Below are positions 14,471 to 23,609 of a DNA stretch of 31,587 bases, in pieces (the stretch's first letter is position 1; each line of letters begins with the position of its first letter). Under the pieces are notes generated by a model, which saw only the letters and a list, made by a program, of their open reading frames with translations, was not told the origin of the DNA and did not search any database. The DNA is taken from IMG/VR virus record IMGVR_UViG_3300032212_000111, positions 1 through 31,587 of that record; one strand, given 5' to 3'. The stretch comes from a virus (taxonomy: Duplodnaviria; Caudoviricetes). Both the position numbers and the translations under genes were made by a program.

Positions 14471-16270
14471 CTATCCTCCTGCCTCTGTTTTAGCGGCATT
14501 AATGGAATTGGTTAAGAAAACAGCGTCATTAACAAGCTGATTTGATTTGATTGGCATTGATTTAGCCGCTTGTTTCAATCCTTCGATGTTTATATCAGGA
14601 CGAAGCAATAACTCCGTAAGTTCTTGCGCTGTGCGATGCTTAGGTGGAGTGATCTTCATATAGGCTTTAACGATTTCTGCGCCATTTTTACCAGCCCTAA
14701 TCATTAAATCGGCGTTTTTTGCACCTTCTCGGGTAAGTCTTTGTGCTAATTTGCGCGATAATTGACCAACTGACGGGACAACAACAGCGCCAACAGGTCC
14801 GCCAGCCACCGCACCACCTGCTATACCCGCATACCCCATAAGCATATTAGACGCTTGGCCTTCGCCAAACCCAAACCGACCTAATAATTTAGCCATGTTC
14901 TGCAGATTAGTGCCTTGCACTACTTCGCGCATCGCCTTTATTTCATCGGGAGTAAATCCTTTGCGCTGCTTCTTGTTTTTCAATATAGACCTAAATTGAG
15001 TGCGTATGCCGTTTTCAAAGCCAGACGCTTGCAATTGTGCCTTGTCGAAAACCTCTGCTAATTGCTCCGACTTCTTGACTCTGCGCCATAACTGGCGGGC
15101 ATCTTTGTATTTAGCGCCTATATCAGCACTTGTCTTGGTTAGCTCGTTTTTACCAGCGTTATCAAGAAAATCATCAATTCGATTAGACAGCAACACCCCT
15201 AGCCTAGCCTCGTCTGGCTCAGAGCTTTTAGCCGCCGCACCCATGATGCGACGAAGATTATCTACCTCTGATAACTTTAGGTTTGCACCAGAATCGGCGG
15301 CTAATTTAAACTCATTTAGAGCTACACCCACCTTCGGATGGATTTTCCCGTGGAATCCTTTTTGCCTAGCCACTTGGGAGAGCGATCCAGCCAGCTTCCC
15401 AATGCTGCCACTATTAACACTAACGCCACTATTTTCCAGATCACGGTATACGCTCCTTGCGGCCTTCTTTAAGCCTTCAATGGTTGGGGCGGCTTCGGTT
15501 AGTAGTTTTTTAGCCCCTTTCGTGACTAATCCGGTAGCCGTTTGTTTAACTATAGCACCTCCAATCGGAGCAATAAAGCTGCCAGCCAATCTTCCGCGCC
15601 TTTCGCCAGCCGCACGGCCTTCTTCACCGGCTACCGCTGCGCCTATTTCACCGCCTACGTCAGCGCCAACCTCTGATCCAGCGCCAGCCAGTGCAGCACC
15701 GGCTAATTCTGTACTTGGTGCAGTAGATGCCGCCTGCGCGACCTTCTGCGTAAGCGTAGCACCTATTTTTGGCGCTGTTTGCGCTAAAGCTCTAATTCCT
15801 TGTCCTGTTGCGGCAACCGGCGCGGCAAATTCTCCCGCCGTTCTTACTATTCTGCGCGGCAAACCTTCTTCCATAAAGCCGCCCTCGATACCCTCACCGC
15901 CAATGGTTTCTTTGATGCTAGGTACTCTTGCATCAACGCCAGCGGTTTGTAGTGCCGCATTTACAATATCGGTGCTTAAAAAATCAGCCATTGACATAGT
16001 GCCACGATTAACCGCCGCCGCTAATTCAGCAATCGGTGCAGGGATGGCTTTGTCCAGCTTTTGCATAAAGCTATCTTCTTCCGGTGTTTCACGTGGAGCG
16101 GACTCTTGCTGCTGCGTTTCTTTTATCTTGTTTTCCTGATCAATAAGTTTATCTGTTCTCTCATTGATTGGGGCTACCTGCTCAGGGGTAAGCATGGACG
16201 GGACAACGGGCTGCTGAGATGCTTCGATCTCTGCTATCTTTGCATTAATTTCTTCTAATGTGGCCGACAT
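14471..16270 (-). CDS. DNA ejection protein (gp16-like)
   Basis: 599 aa, Ala/Gly-rich and helical; third of three ejection-position genes. Confidence 0.65.
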   Translation of the reverse strand: MSATLEEINAKIAEIEASQQPVVPSMLTPEQVAPINERTDKLIDQENKIKETQQQESAPRETPEEDSFMQKLDKAIPAPIAELAAAVNRGTMSMADFLSTDIVNAALQTAGVDARVPSIKETIGGEGIEGGFMEEGLPRRIVRTAGEFAAPVAATGQGIRALAQTAPKIGATLTQKVAQAASTAPSTELAGAALAGAGSEVGADVGGEIGAAVAGEEGRAAGERRGRLAGSFIAPIGGAIVKQTATGLVTKGAKKLLTEAAPTIEGLKKAARSVYRDLENSGVSVNSGSIGKLAGSLSQVARQKGFHGKIHPKVGVALNEFKLAADSGANLKLSEVDNLRRIMGAAAKSSEPDEARLGVLLSNRIDDFLDNAGKNELTKTSADIGAKYKDARQLWRRVKKSEQLAEVFDKAQLQASGFENGIRTQFRSILKNKKQRKGFTPDEIKAMREVVQGTNLQNMAKLLGRFGFGEGQASNMLMGYAGIAGGAVAGGPVGAVVVPSVGQLSRKLAQRLTREGAKNADLMIRAGKNGAEIVKAYMKITPPKHRTAQELTELLLRPDINIEGLKQAAKSMPIKSNQLVNDAVFLTNSINAAKTEAGG

Positions 16271-17637
16271 TAATTTTTAGCCTCAAGTTTTGCTTTAGCT
16301 GCCTTTAATTCTTCAAGGCTTGCATTATCAACATCAATTATTGCCTTTTTAGGCGCTTCATCGCGCATTTTTTTAAGCCATTTAGCTGGTGTATTTCCAG
16401 GCTCGCTCAAGAATATTGATTGATTCTCAAGATATGTCGCCATTTTCTCTTGTGCGTCTATTTTATCCTGCGCCCATTGTATTAATTCTGGGCCATCTAA
16501 GCCTGTCGGCAACGCCGTATCAAGCGCAAGCTGTAACTCGCCCTCTGACAATGCGCCAAATGTAACCGACCCAATAACATCAAGGCCTAGTTTGCGTCTT
16601 AACTGGTCAAGTCTGACTGATTCTGCCCTAAAGCTAGGCAATTTAGATGCAAGCGGGCCAGTGTTTGCGCCAGCAGTGACTTCGTTGATTACTTTTTGCA
16701 GCGTTTGATTGTTATCTCTTAGCTTTGTTGTTGTCTCAAATGCTTGTTGCGATGTTTTACCCGCGTCCTTGCCGACCTGTCTGCCTTGTGCGCGTTGTGT
16801 TTGTAAATCTACGCCGTATGCCTTGCCAGCCCTAACCAATGCCGCACCAACCGCGTTGGCAGGCTTAATTTCAACCGATCCATCTTTGTAAACAAGCTGC
16901 ACCGTACCATCATCCAAAATACTAGATGATTGAACCTGTTTAGGCTTATCCAGCTTGGCTTGCGCTGCTGCTGCCTTTGATTGAATGGTCATTCGCTCTT
17001 TGCTGCTCATATCAAGCATCTGAACACCCTGTAACGCCTGCATGCGGGTACTTGCATCCATGCCAAGCAATTGGCGGGTATCTTTGGAATCGCGCCCATC
17101 GCGGTCTAAAATGGCTGCGCGGGCTTCTATCTCTTGCGTTTGAGCGTCATAAGGCATCATCTGTATTTTAGCCGCAAAACGGGATGCTTCTTCTCGCTTG
17201 CTGGCATCATCAAGACCCATTTCTTTTAGCATTTTATTAGCCATAACCGGATCAATGCTTCGTGCTTTTCTGATTAACTCGGATTGGCTTAATGCTTTAG
17301 GCTGCTCCGCAAAGGCTTGTCGGCCTAATGCATCGCCGGTATCGGCAAACTCAGCGGATTGCTCTGCTAATTGGGCTTGCTGTGCTGTCTGCGGGGCTTG
17401 TTGCCCGAATTGGCCTAATACATCACGAACACCGGCTTGCCGCTCTGCGGCCTGCTGGCTTTGCTCAAGGTTAAATTGATTCATGTCAAAACGCTGCTGG
17501 CCTGCCGCTACTCTCTGCTCGAGCAATTGACGGTTTAACGGGGCATTGGCTACGTTTTGGCCGAATTGCATGCCTCGGCTTAGTGATCCGACAACATCAG
17601 GAGTTAATCTGTAGCCTCTTGAGTCGACTAATGGCAT
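16270..17637 (-). CDS. DNA ejection protein (gp20-like)
   Basis: 455 aa, Gln/Ala-rich; C-terminal LGLDVIGSVTFGALSEGEL; synteny. Confidence 0.65.
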   Translation of the reverse strand: MPLVDSRGYRLTPDVVGSLSRGMQFGQNVANAPLNRQLLEQRVAAGQQRFDMNQFNLEQSQQAAERQAGVRDVLGQFGQQAPQTAQQAQLAEQSAEFADTGDALGRQAFAEQPKALSQSELIRKARSIDPVMANKMLKEMGLDDASKREEASRFAAKIQMMPYDAQTQEIEARAAILDRDGRDSKDTRQLLGMDASTRMQALQGVQMLDMSSKERMTIQSKAAAAQAKLDKPKQVQSSSILDDGTVQLVYKDGSVEIKPANAVGAALVRAGKAYGVDLQTQRAQGRQVGKDAGKTSQQAFETTTKLRDNNQTLQKVINEVTAGANTGPLASKLPSFRAESVRLDQLRRKLGLDVIGSVTFGALSEGELQLALDTALPTGLDGPELIQWAQDKIDAQEKMATYLENQSIFLSEPGNTPAKWLKKMRDEAPKKAIIDVDNASLEELKAAKAKLEAKN

Positions 17638-17638
17638 A

Positions 17639-18889
17639 TTAATGCACCTTTATCATGTCGTTGTTTTTCATGTACTGCAAAGCGCCTGCAATCATCATAA
17701 GCTCATCGTGAAGATTTATGACCTGATAACCGTCTACCTCGCCATCACGTATCATGTCGGGCGCATCTTGAGCCATCGGCCCAATGTGAGCGCCGGTATC
17801 AAGCCCTGCTGATTCAAGATATGACCATGATTTTAACGGCATTTCCATTACAGCGTCAAAACAGGCTTTTAAGTCAAGATCGCGTACATTTTCTTTTAAT
17901 CGCTCATCGGAGAAAAAAGATAATGCTCCACCAGCTTTAGCTAAAAAGCTGCCAGCCGGTGCAAACGCACCTAAACCAGCACCGACTAAGCCTAATGCGT
18001 TTCCTGCCCCGTCAGATCGGGCTTGCTGCGCCCCTAAAATTCCGGATGCCCTTGCTTGTGCCGCGCCTTGACCTAATCCTGCGGCTGTTTGCGCGTAAGT
18101 TTGCCCGAATTGACCTAGATTGGTGGCCGCGTTTTGACCGCCGCCAATAAGGTTCTGAAGACGTGCGAATTGGTTTTGTAAATCTTGCGCCGCAAAGCCT
18201 GCGCCCTGCTCTACCAGTGCCGTTCTGACGTTGCCGCCGCCGATGCCGCCGACCGCTGCCGCATTTCTTAATAAATTCTTTTGAGCGCGTGACCGGATGA
18301 ATTGCTGGCCTGGCGATTCATAAATAGAATTAATCGCGTCTTGCTGAGATATGCCGCCGCCGCTAAATTGATTTTGGCCTGCTAACTGCTCTTGTATTGC
18401 TTTATTTAACGCATCCTCATCTAGACTGCCAGCAGTGCCGCCGCCCTCATAATATTCTATTTCCTCATCGCCGCCGGTTACTCGGTCATATTGCTGAGAG
18501 CTAAGGTAGTCATAATCCCTATAACCACCTGTGCCTTTTAGTGACTCAGGAATGTATATTGTGCCGCCTTTTTGGTAAATACCTAAATCTGGTTTCCCTG
18601 GAGTGCTAAACTGGCCTGATGCGATAAGGTTTTGACGTATTTGATCTTCTGTTAGTTGTGGAGCACCTGCGAATTGACCACCGCCGCCCCCGCCACCAAG
18701 CCCTAACAAGGCCATGTATTGCTGTAATGCGGGGTTTCCTGCGCTAAGATAAGGCGCTAAATCGCCTCGGGTTTGAAGGTATTGCTCTTTGGCTATCCGT
18801 TGGCCTTCCTCGGATGCCTGCGCTTGTATTTGACCGGCTTCTTCTGCGGCATCGTCGCCACCGAATAATCCGCCAACTACGCCGCCCAT
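17639..18889 (-). CDS. DNA ejection protein gp7-like, with a C-terminal peptidase S74 (intramolecular chaperone) domain
   Basis: gp7-like 'LAPYLSAG..AL', 'SPGQQF', 'AAAVGGIGGGN'; C-terminal SDERLKENV...HIGPMAQD. Confidence 0.75.
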   Translation of the reverse strand: MGGVVGGLFGGDDAAEEAGQIQAQASEEGQRIAKEQYLQTRGDLAPYLSAGNPALQQYMALLGLGGGGGGGQFAGAPQLTEDQIRQNLIASGQFSTPGKPDLGIYQKGGTIYIPESLKGTGGYRDYDYLSSQQYDRVTGGDEEIEYYEGGGTAGSLDEDALNKAIQEQLAGQNQFSGGGISQQDAINSIYESPGQQFIRSRAQKNLLRNAAAVGGIGGGNVRTALVEQGAGFAAQDLQNQFARLQNLIGGGQNAATNLGQFGQTYAQTAAGLGQGAAQARASGILGAQQARSDGAGNALGLVGAGLGAFAPAGSFLAKAGGALSFFSDERLKENVRDLDLKACFDAVMEMPLKSWSYLESAGLDTGAHIGPMAQDAPDMIRDGEVDGYQVINLHDELMMIAGALQYMKNNDMIKVH

Positions 18890-18898
18890 GATAGACCT

Positions 18899-19393
18899 CT
18901 ACGCGGCTTGTTTGTCTTTGTGTGCATCTAAATATCCCTCGATTTCTGATCGGGTGATACCAAGATGCTGGATGTCATGCAGCTCGCCGCCTTTCATGTG
19001 GCTCTGCCGACAGATTCCTTCTTTCTTGAATCCTACTTTTAACGAGAAGTTTACCACTTTTCGCTGGTTAATTGGAATAGTTACGTTAATTTTATTTGAG
19101 TCTGTGTTTTTCAAAAACCACTCATAAAAAGACCGCATCATGTCTCGGCCTTTTGATCGGTGTTCTTTTCTCAAATACGGGTGCATTTTAATGCTAACGC
19201 TGGTGTCTGTGTGCATCAGTATTACACCAACAATGCTTTCGTTCTCGATGCACAATAGCCATGCGGTCATTGAGTCATAACCTGGATACCATGTCTCCAT
19301 TTCCACCCCATCCTCGGCGGCTCTTTCCCAAATATCAGGCTCAGTCATAATGGCTCGAACCAGCTCCATGTCGGTGGTAACGGTTAAGTCCAT
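18899..19393 (-). CDS. P22 gp14-like (GNAT-fold) virion assembly protein
   Basis: MHPYLRKEHR..G...VGFKKEG..RQS..KGG.LHD...LGITR; position before gp7. Confidence 0.75.
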   Translation of the reverse strand: MDLTVTTDMELVRAIMTEPDIWERAAEDGVEMETWYPGYDSMTAWLLCIENESIVGVILMHTDTSVSIKMHPYLRKEHRSKGRDMMRSFYEWFLKNTDSNKINVTIPINQRKVVNFSLKVGFKKEGICRQSHMKGGELHDIQHLGITRSEIEGYLDAHKDKQAA

Positions 19394-19407
19394 CTTTTCA
19401 ATTCCTG

Positions 19408-19416
19408 TGGTATAAT
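19408..19416 (+). promoter_or_regulatory. Extended -10 promoter (TGGTATAAT) of the inverted HNH gene
   Basis: Perfect TGn-TATAAT about 60 bp upstream of the HNH ATG. Confidence 0.7.
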
Positions 19417-19476
19417 ATCGGCCATGGAGTGCGCTAACACTCCACCACCTAACATCGACTTAAATGAGGTAAGCCA

Positions 19477-19989
19477 ATGGCTAACGAAAGTATAACCCAA
19501 AAAGAGCTTAAAGAACTGTTTGACTATTTTCCTTGTAGCGGAGAATTTATAAGGAAAAAGCATATTCATTACAATGCGAAAATTGGCGACAAAGCCGGAT
19601 GCATAAACACCGCTGGCTATGTTCAAATAAGCATTAAAGGGGTTCTTTTTCTCGCCCACAGGCTCGCGTGGACTTACATGACCGGCGAAACCCCTGTGTT
19701 TATTGACCACATCAATCACGATCGTTCTGATAACAGGTGGGAGAATCTTCGCCAAACAACCCATCAGGAAAATTGCAAAAATTGCACTTTCAGCAAGGCA
19801 AACACATCTGGATGCACTGGCGTTATCTGGGCTGACAATAGATGGGTTGCTAGAATAAAGGTTAATTACAAAGAGATCGTTATAGGCAGATTTGTTAAAT
19901 TTTCCGATGCGGTAAAAGCCAGAAAGTCTGCCGAAATCAAATATGGATTTCACGAAAATCATGGGGCTAAACAAGTATCCACCCAGTAG
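19477..19989 (+). CDS. Free-standing HNH homing endonuclease (HNH_3 plus AP2-like domain), inverted inside the tail operon
   Basis: AHRLAW.YMTG...IDHINHDRSDNRWENLR...N; NTSGCTGV...AEIKYGFH; GAGG SD. Confidence 0.9.
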   Translation: MANESITQKELKELFDYFPCSGEFIRKKHIHYNAKIGDKAGCINTAGYVQISIKGVLFLAHRLAWTYMTGETPVFIDHINHDRSDNRWENLRQTTHQENCKNCTFSKANTSGCTGVIWADNRWVARIKVNYKEIVIGRFVKFSDAVKARKSAEIKYGFHENHGAKQVSTQ

Positions 19990-20221
19990 ACCCTGAACCG
20001 CTTTGTTTTACGTACAAAACAGCCTCGGCCACACCAGAAGTATCGAGGTACATCTGAGTCGGGTCTGCTGTTATGACCCCCTCTGGGCTGCCTGAGCCTT
20101 GAATGGGTGTTGCAAGATTTACTTGATGAGTGATTTCTTCAATCCACTCAGACAACCTTAAAGTTGGCTCGCCAGATTCTTCTGCAAGGATAGAAAACCG
20201 CTCAAAGGCTGTTAAGCTCAT
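19967..20221 (-). CDS. Short tail protein at the gp26 (needle) position
   Basis: ATGA coupling to gp10; GSGSPEGVITA...LYVKQSGSGSTGW fibre-knob-type motif. Confidence 0.6.
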   Translation of the reverse strand: MSLTAFERFSILAEESGEPTLRLSEWIEEITHQVNLATPIQGSGSPEGVITADPTQMYLDTSGVAEAVLYVKQSGSGSTGWILV

Positions 20222-21663
20222 CGTGCATCAATCTCCAGTTTTAGTATGCCTGTTCTGGTAGGTGAATCCATAATAAAGCGATAAACACGATACCGATATG
20301 ATTGGCCTTCTTTGCGCCATATCTGCCGTTTCTTATATTCGCCCTGTTTGCCTAATGTTCGGCTTGTGGTGTTGCCAAACGTATAGCCGCCATCGTTAGA
20401 TATTGATCTTGTCACAAGCGGTTCTTCATCGTCACTGGCTGCTGTACCGGTTAAGCACGTCAATTCCATTTCTGAAAAAGTCAGCGTTTCGCCGTTATTG
20501 GCAAGCGGCATAGATGATACCACCTGATTCATGCTATCGCCGTATTCTGTGTAGGTGTCGCTGCTCATTTCACCAATCGATGCACCTTGGTTGTCACCAA
20601 CTAGAAGCGTCCCGTATGCGGTTACTATGTGGTTCACGCGCCATTTAATTAGCTGGCCAAACTCATCTTTTGATTTGCGCTCATGCCAGATAGGTCTACC
20701 AGCCAATGCGCTAGTCGCTGAATCGTAGGTAAATGTCCGGTCAAATAGATGCAGATTTAAATAAAAGCCGCCGCGCTCTGAATAAGTTGTGCAAAACACG
20801 TCCTCAATTCTTGTGGCGGTTTGATCTTGTATTAGCCGGTCAATGCTGGCTGTGGATATTTTAGCCGCGCCGCCACCCTGAAAACGCCATAATGCCGCCT
20901 TTTCATTAACGCCGCCTCCCACAAAAACAAATGAGCTATCATATTCTGTTACTGAATTAGTGGCCTGTATGCCTTTAGGAATTAACCCACCCTGAATACG
21001 TCTAAACGGGAAATCCGCCCCACCCACGTTCTGAAACGGCTCGATGGTTTCCTTGCCGCATACAAATAATTGATTTCGGTGTACGTGTAATGCGGTTATC
21101 TCATCTGGATCGGCCTCGGCTGTGCCGAAATCAAGCGCATCATAAGCTGTGCCATCGCTAAGGTTGGATATAAAAAATATAGGCTTTGTACTGGCCGCGC
21201 TATTGTTATTCCAATGGATAAAATATTGATCTTTAAATACAACGCCATCAGAAGGGCCAAGTGTTGTCGTAAAATCAGTGTCAGTGATTGTAACCAGCCC
21301 GCCCGCCACAGTGTAGATGTAAGCGGTTGAACCAGGCACAACAATGCATAACTGAACCCCATTATCAGCCATTGAAACACGCGAAGTACCTGAGATTGTG
21401 CCTAAGCTGGTCGCTGTGCCATCGGATGCGATGCTATATAAATTCGTGCCATTGACTGAATAAGCAACCGAATCCATCACATGAAACCCGCGACAAATCT
21501 TAGTGCCTGCCGTTGAGAATAGCGATATACCGGCTGGCTGTTTTAACTGCATCCGGCTTAATCCCTCGGTTTGAGGCAGTTGCGGTATCCAGTTTGCACA
21601 CTCTTGTGCTGATATGGGTTTTGTTTCGTCCTCATAAAACCCTGACGCGATAGGGATTTCCAT
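20218..21663 (-). CDS. Tail hub / DNA stabilisation protein (P22 gp10-like)
   Basis: SMADNGVQL, TAEADPD, AKIST..ID, WHERKS, S.DGG.TF...LG..GEY..R.IWR..G motifs; synteny. Confidence 0.88.
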   Translation of the reverse strand: MEIPIASGFYEDETKPISAQECANWIPQLPQTEGLSRMQLKQPAGISLFSTAGTKICRGFHVMDSVAYSVNGTNLYSIASDGTATSLGTISGTSRVSMADNGVQLCIVVPGSTAYIYTVAGGLVTITDTDFTTTLGPSDGVVFKDQYFIHWNNNSAASTKPIFFISNLSDGTAYDALDFGTAEADPDEITALHVHRNQLFVCGKETIEPFQNVGGADFPFRRIQGGLIPKGIQATNSVTEYDSSFVFVGGGVNEKAALWRFQGGGAAKISTASIDRLIQDQTATRIEDVFCTTYSERGGFYLNLHLFDRTFTYDSATSALAGRPIWHERKSKDEFGQLIKWRVNHIVTAYGTLLVGDNQGASIGEMSSDTYTEYGDSMNQVVSSMPLANNGETLTFSEMELTCLTGTAASDDEEPLVTRSISNDGGYTFGNTTSRTLGKQGEYKKRQIWRKEGQSYRYRVYRFIMDSPTRTGILKLEIDAR

Positions 21664-22091
21664 TAACAATCCTTGCTAGGGGTAGGGAAAAACTTGTCAT
21701 CCATATACTGTGTATTGCATTCGTTGCCAGAGCCTTGTGGGAGCGTATTAGGGAAATTAGTGTCAATACTTACAACCGTATCCAATAAGTTGTTCATTGT
21801 TGAATTAGCTAATGCACTTAATGCTGGCGTGATAGGCTTTCCGTACTCAGTAAGCAAATGCACCGCCAGATTAGTCTTAATCGCGCTGTGTGTATGGCGC
21901 GGAACTCTGACTGTATCAGTGGCATTTAAAATAGGCTTATAACCAAGTTTCAATATAGGCTCAAACTCTGCCATCATGTCATTCAAAACATCAAGCGCAT
22001 CAGCCGTTTCGTATGATTCAATCGCTGATTCGGCCGCATTGATTTCAATCTTACGCAGTGCGCCGATTATAAAATCATTACCAGTAGCCAT
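21663..22091 (-). CDS. Head-tail adaptor (P22 gp4-like)
   Basis: MATG.D.I..ALRKI...AL..LNDMMAE...NLAV.L..EYG...LPQGSGN. Confidence 0.88.
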   Translation of the reverse strand: MATGNDFIIGALRKIEINAAESAIESYETADALDVLNDMMAEFEPILKLGYKPILNATDTVRVPRHTHSAIKTNLAVHLLTEYGKPITPALSALANSTMNNLLDTVVSIDTNFPNTLPQGSGNECNTQYMDDKFFPTPSKDC

Positions 22092-22252
22092 TATTTAGCC
22101 TTTTTCGCGGTTTTCTTTACTAATTTAGGCTTTGCTGGTTTAGGTTTTTCTGCGCCCTCTAATTTACAGCCAATGCTAACCATGTAATCAGTGGTCGCAT
22201 CGTTGTCATTTGTTTCGAGCTTGTTGCCGTTGGGTTTGATCCAGATAGCCAT
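22091..22252 (-). CDS. 53-aa protein with a Lys-rich tail between coat and gp4
   Basis: MAIWIKPNGNKLETNDNDATTDYMVSIGCKLEGAEKPKPAKPKLVKKTAKKAK*; AAGGA SD; TAATG coupling. Confidence 0.75.
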   Translation of the reverse strand: MAIWIKPNGNKLETNDNDATTDYMVSIGCKLEGAEKPKPAKPKLVKKTAKKAK

Positions 22253-22296
22253 AATATTTCCTTAGTTTCTGTTAATAACTCTCAATGAAAGCGATT

Positions 22297-22321
22297 AAAA
22301 GAAAGCACCCCGAAGGGTGCT
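22297..22321 (-). terminator. Rho-independent terminator after the coat gene
   Basis: AGCACCC-UUCG-GGGUGCU followed by UUCUUUU. Confidence 0.85.
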
Positions 22322-22329
22322 AACTTGGT

Positions 22330-23601
22330 TTAGGCGACTCCATATCCATGCCCACCCATAAACGGATTCATACAACCAAAAGCAGGATGTAAATCGAAAC
22401 GAACCGTTTGAGAGTTTGCCGCGCCATCTGAGAATTTAGAAATACGCATTTGCAGGCCATCAGCAGTAGTGGCGATGGTATCTGTAGAATGCAATTTCTT
22501 AATTGGCACTGATGCGATAGTCAATGCATCTGGATGCCAGAACAGATTAGGCTGGAATGTAGTCGCATCCGTACCCATAAATGTTAAGACATCATTTTCA
22601 GCAATTGCCGAGTCAACCGTATTGTACGCACCAGAAGCCTCATAGATTGCTGGGCCTGTCACGACAATCGTGCCAGTACCGGAAGTAAATGAAGCATCAG
22701 CCGTTACAGTGCCCATGTAGACAATATTTGCACCTGTCGCATCAAGGATAGGTGCGCGAGTTGACAAGTTTACGCGGTTTCGACCGGTGATCTTGATAAC
22801 TGTACCAGCCGGAATTGTACCCGTGAAAGTGCCAACGCCATCAACCTCAATGGATTGCGTCATGCTATCTTTGGCTGTTGCGTAAGTAACATCAACAGCA
22901 GTCGCGGTCACTGCACCAACCAAATCGCCAGTTGTTGGCAATGTGTAAGTAGGTAAAGTAGTTGCAGTTTTAACATCGAAACCGGCAAAGTTTTTATTAA
23001 TCGTTGCCATTTCGTTAGCACTGCCCGCTTCTGGGTTAACGCCTAATGAGCGCTGCTCAGTCGCCAATGCCACTTGTGCATGTGGGTTTAAGAAGTAGCA
23101 CCATTTCTTGTTCATGGGTACGCCTGATGCCTGCATAAGTGCGCCAGCACCTGCAACCTCAGCCCATGAGTTGACGCCTTGATCTGGATCGCCGTAGTTA
23201 AGACCTAGATTCTTCATCGCAAACGATGCGAACTTCATCTCCAAATCAACAACCATGCGATTAGCAATATCGTCCCAGAAACGATCCATATCAGAACCCA
23301 TTTTCAGGGCTTCATCAACTTCGTCATAATCAACGGCCACAGTAATGTAGTTCTGTACTGTTGCGGTTGCTTTACCGGTAATAATGTCGCTACGTGTGGT
23401 TGAAATATCACCATCTGCACTATCAATAACCGTATAGTCAGTTGGTCGTTTTACGTCTACCTGTGTTCCTGAATTGGCGTTAAATGCGCCCTGTACAAGC
23501 TGTGTGTTGACGTTTTTAGATAATACGCGGTTAGCCTCGAATCGGTCTGTGACCTTCATCGCAACCTTTCGCGTAAAGTTACTCTCAAATGTGTTAGCCA
23601 T
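22330..23601 (-). CDS. Major capsid protein (P22/Sf6 coat family)
   Basis: 423 aa; VLSKNVNTQL...G..VDVKRP, PNLFWHPDA, VRFDLHPAF; GGAGG SD. Confidence 0.9.
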   Translation of the reverse strand: MANTFESNFTRKVAMKVTDRFEANRVLSKNVNTQLVQGAFNANSGTQVDVKRPTDYTVIDSADGDISTTRSDIITGKATATVQNYITVAVDYDEVDEALKMGSDMDRFWDDIANRMVVDLEMKFASFAMKNLGLNYGDPDQGVNSWAEVAGAGALMQASGVPMNKKWCYFLNPHAQVALATEQRSLGVNPEAGSANEMATINKNFAGFDVKTATTLPTYTLPTTGDLVGAVTATAVDVTYATAKDSMTQSIEVDGVGTFTGTIPAGTVIKITGRNRVNLSTRAPILDATGANIVYMGTVTADASFTSGTGTIVVTGPAIYEASGAYNTVDSAIAENDVLTFMGTDATTFQPNLFWHPDALTIASVPIKKLHSTDTIATTADGLQMRISKFSDGAANSQTVRFDLHPAFGCMNPFMGGHGYGVA

Positions 23602-23609
23602 GTGGCCTC

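Noticed and set aside
15000-16139. 379-aa plus-strand ORF
   Set aside because: Antisense shadow of the Ala/Gly-rich gp16-like gene.
19384-19974. 196-aa minus-strand ORF filling the gap between the gp26- and gp14-like genes
   Set aside because: Antisense to a clear HNH gene and without recognisable motifs. Its operon orientation and end overlaps are curious, so Ribo-seq would be needed to exclude a coupling role.
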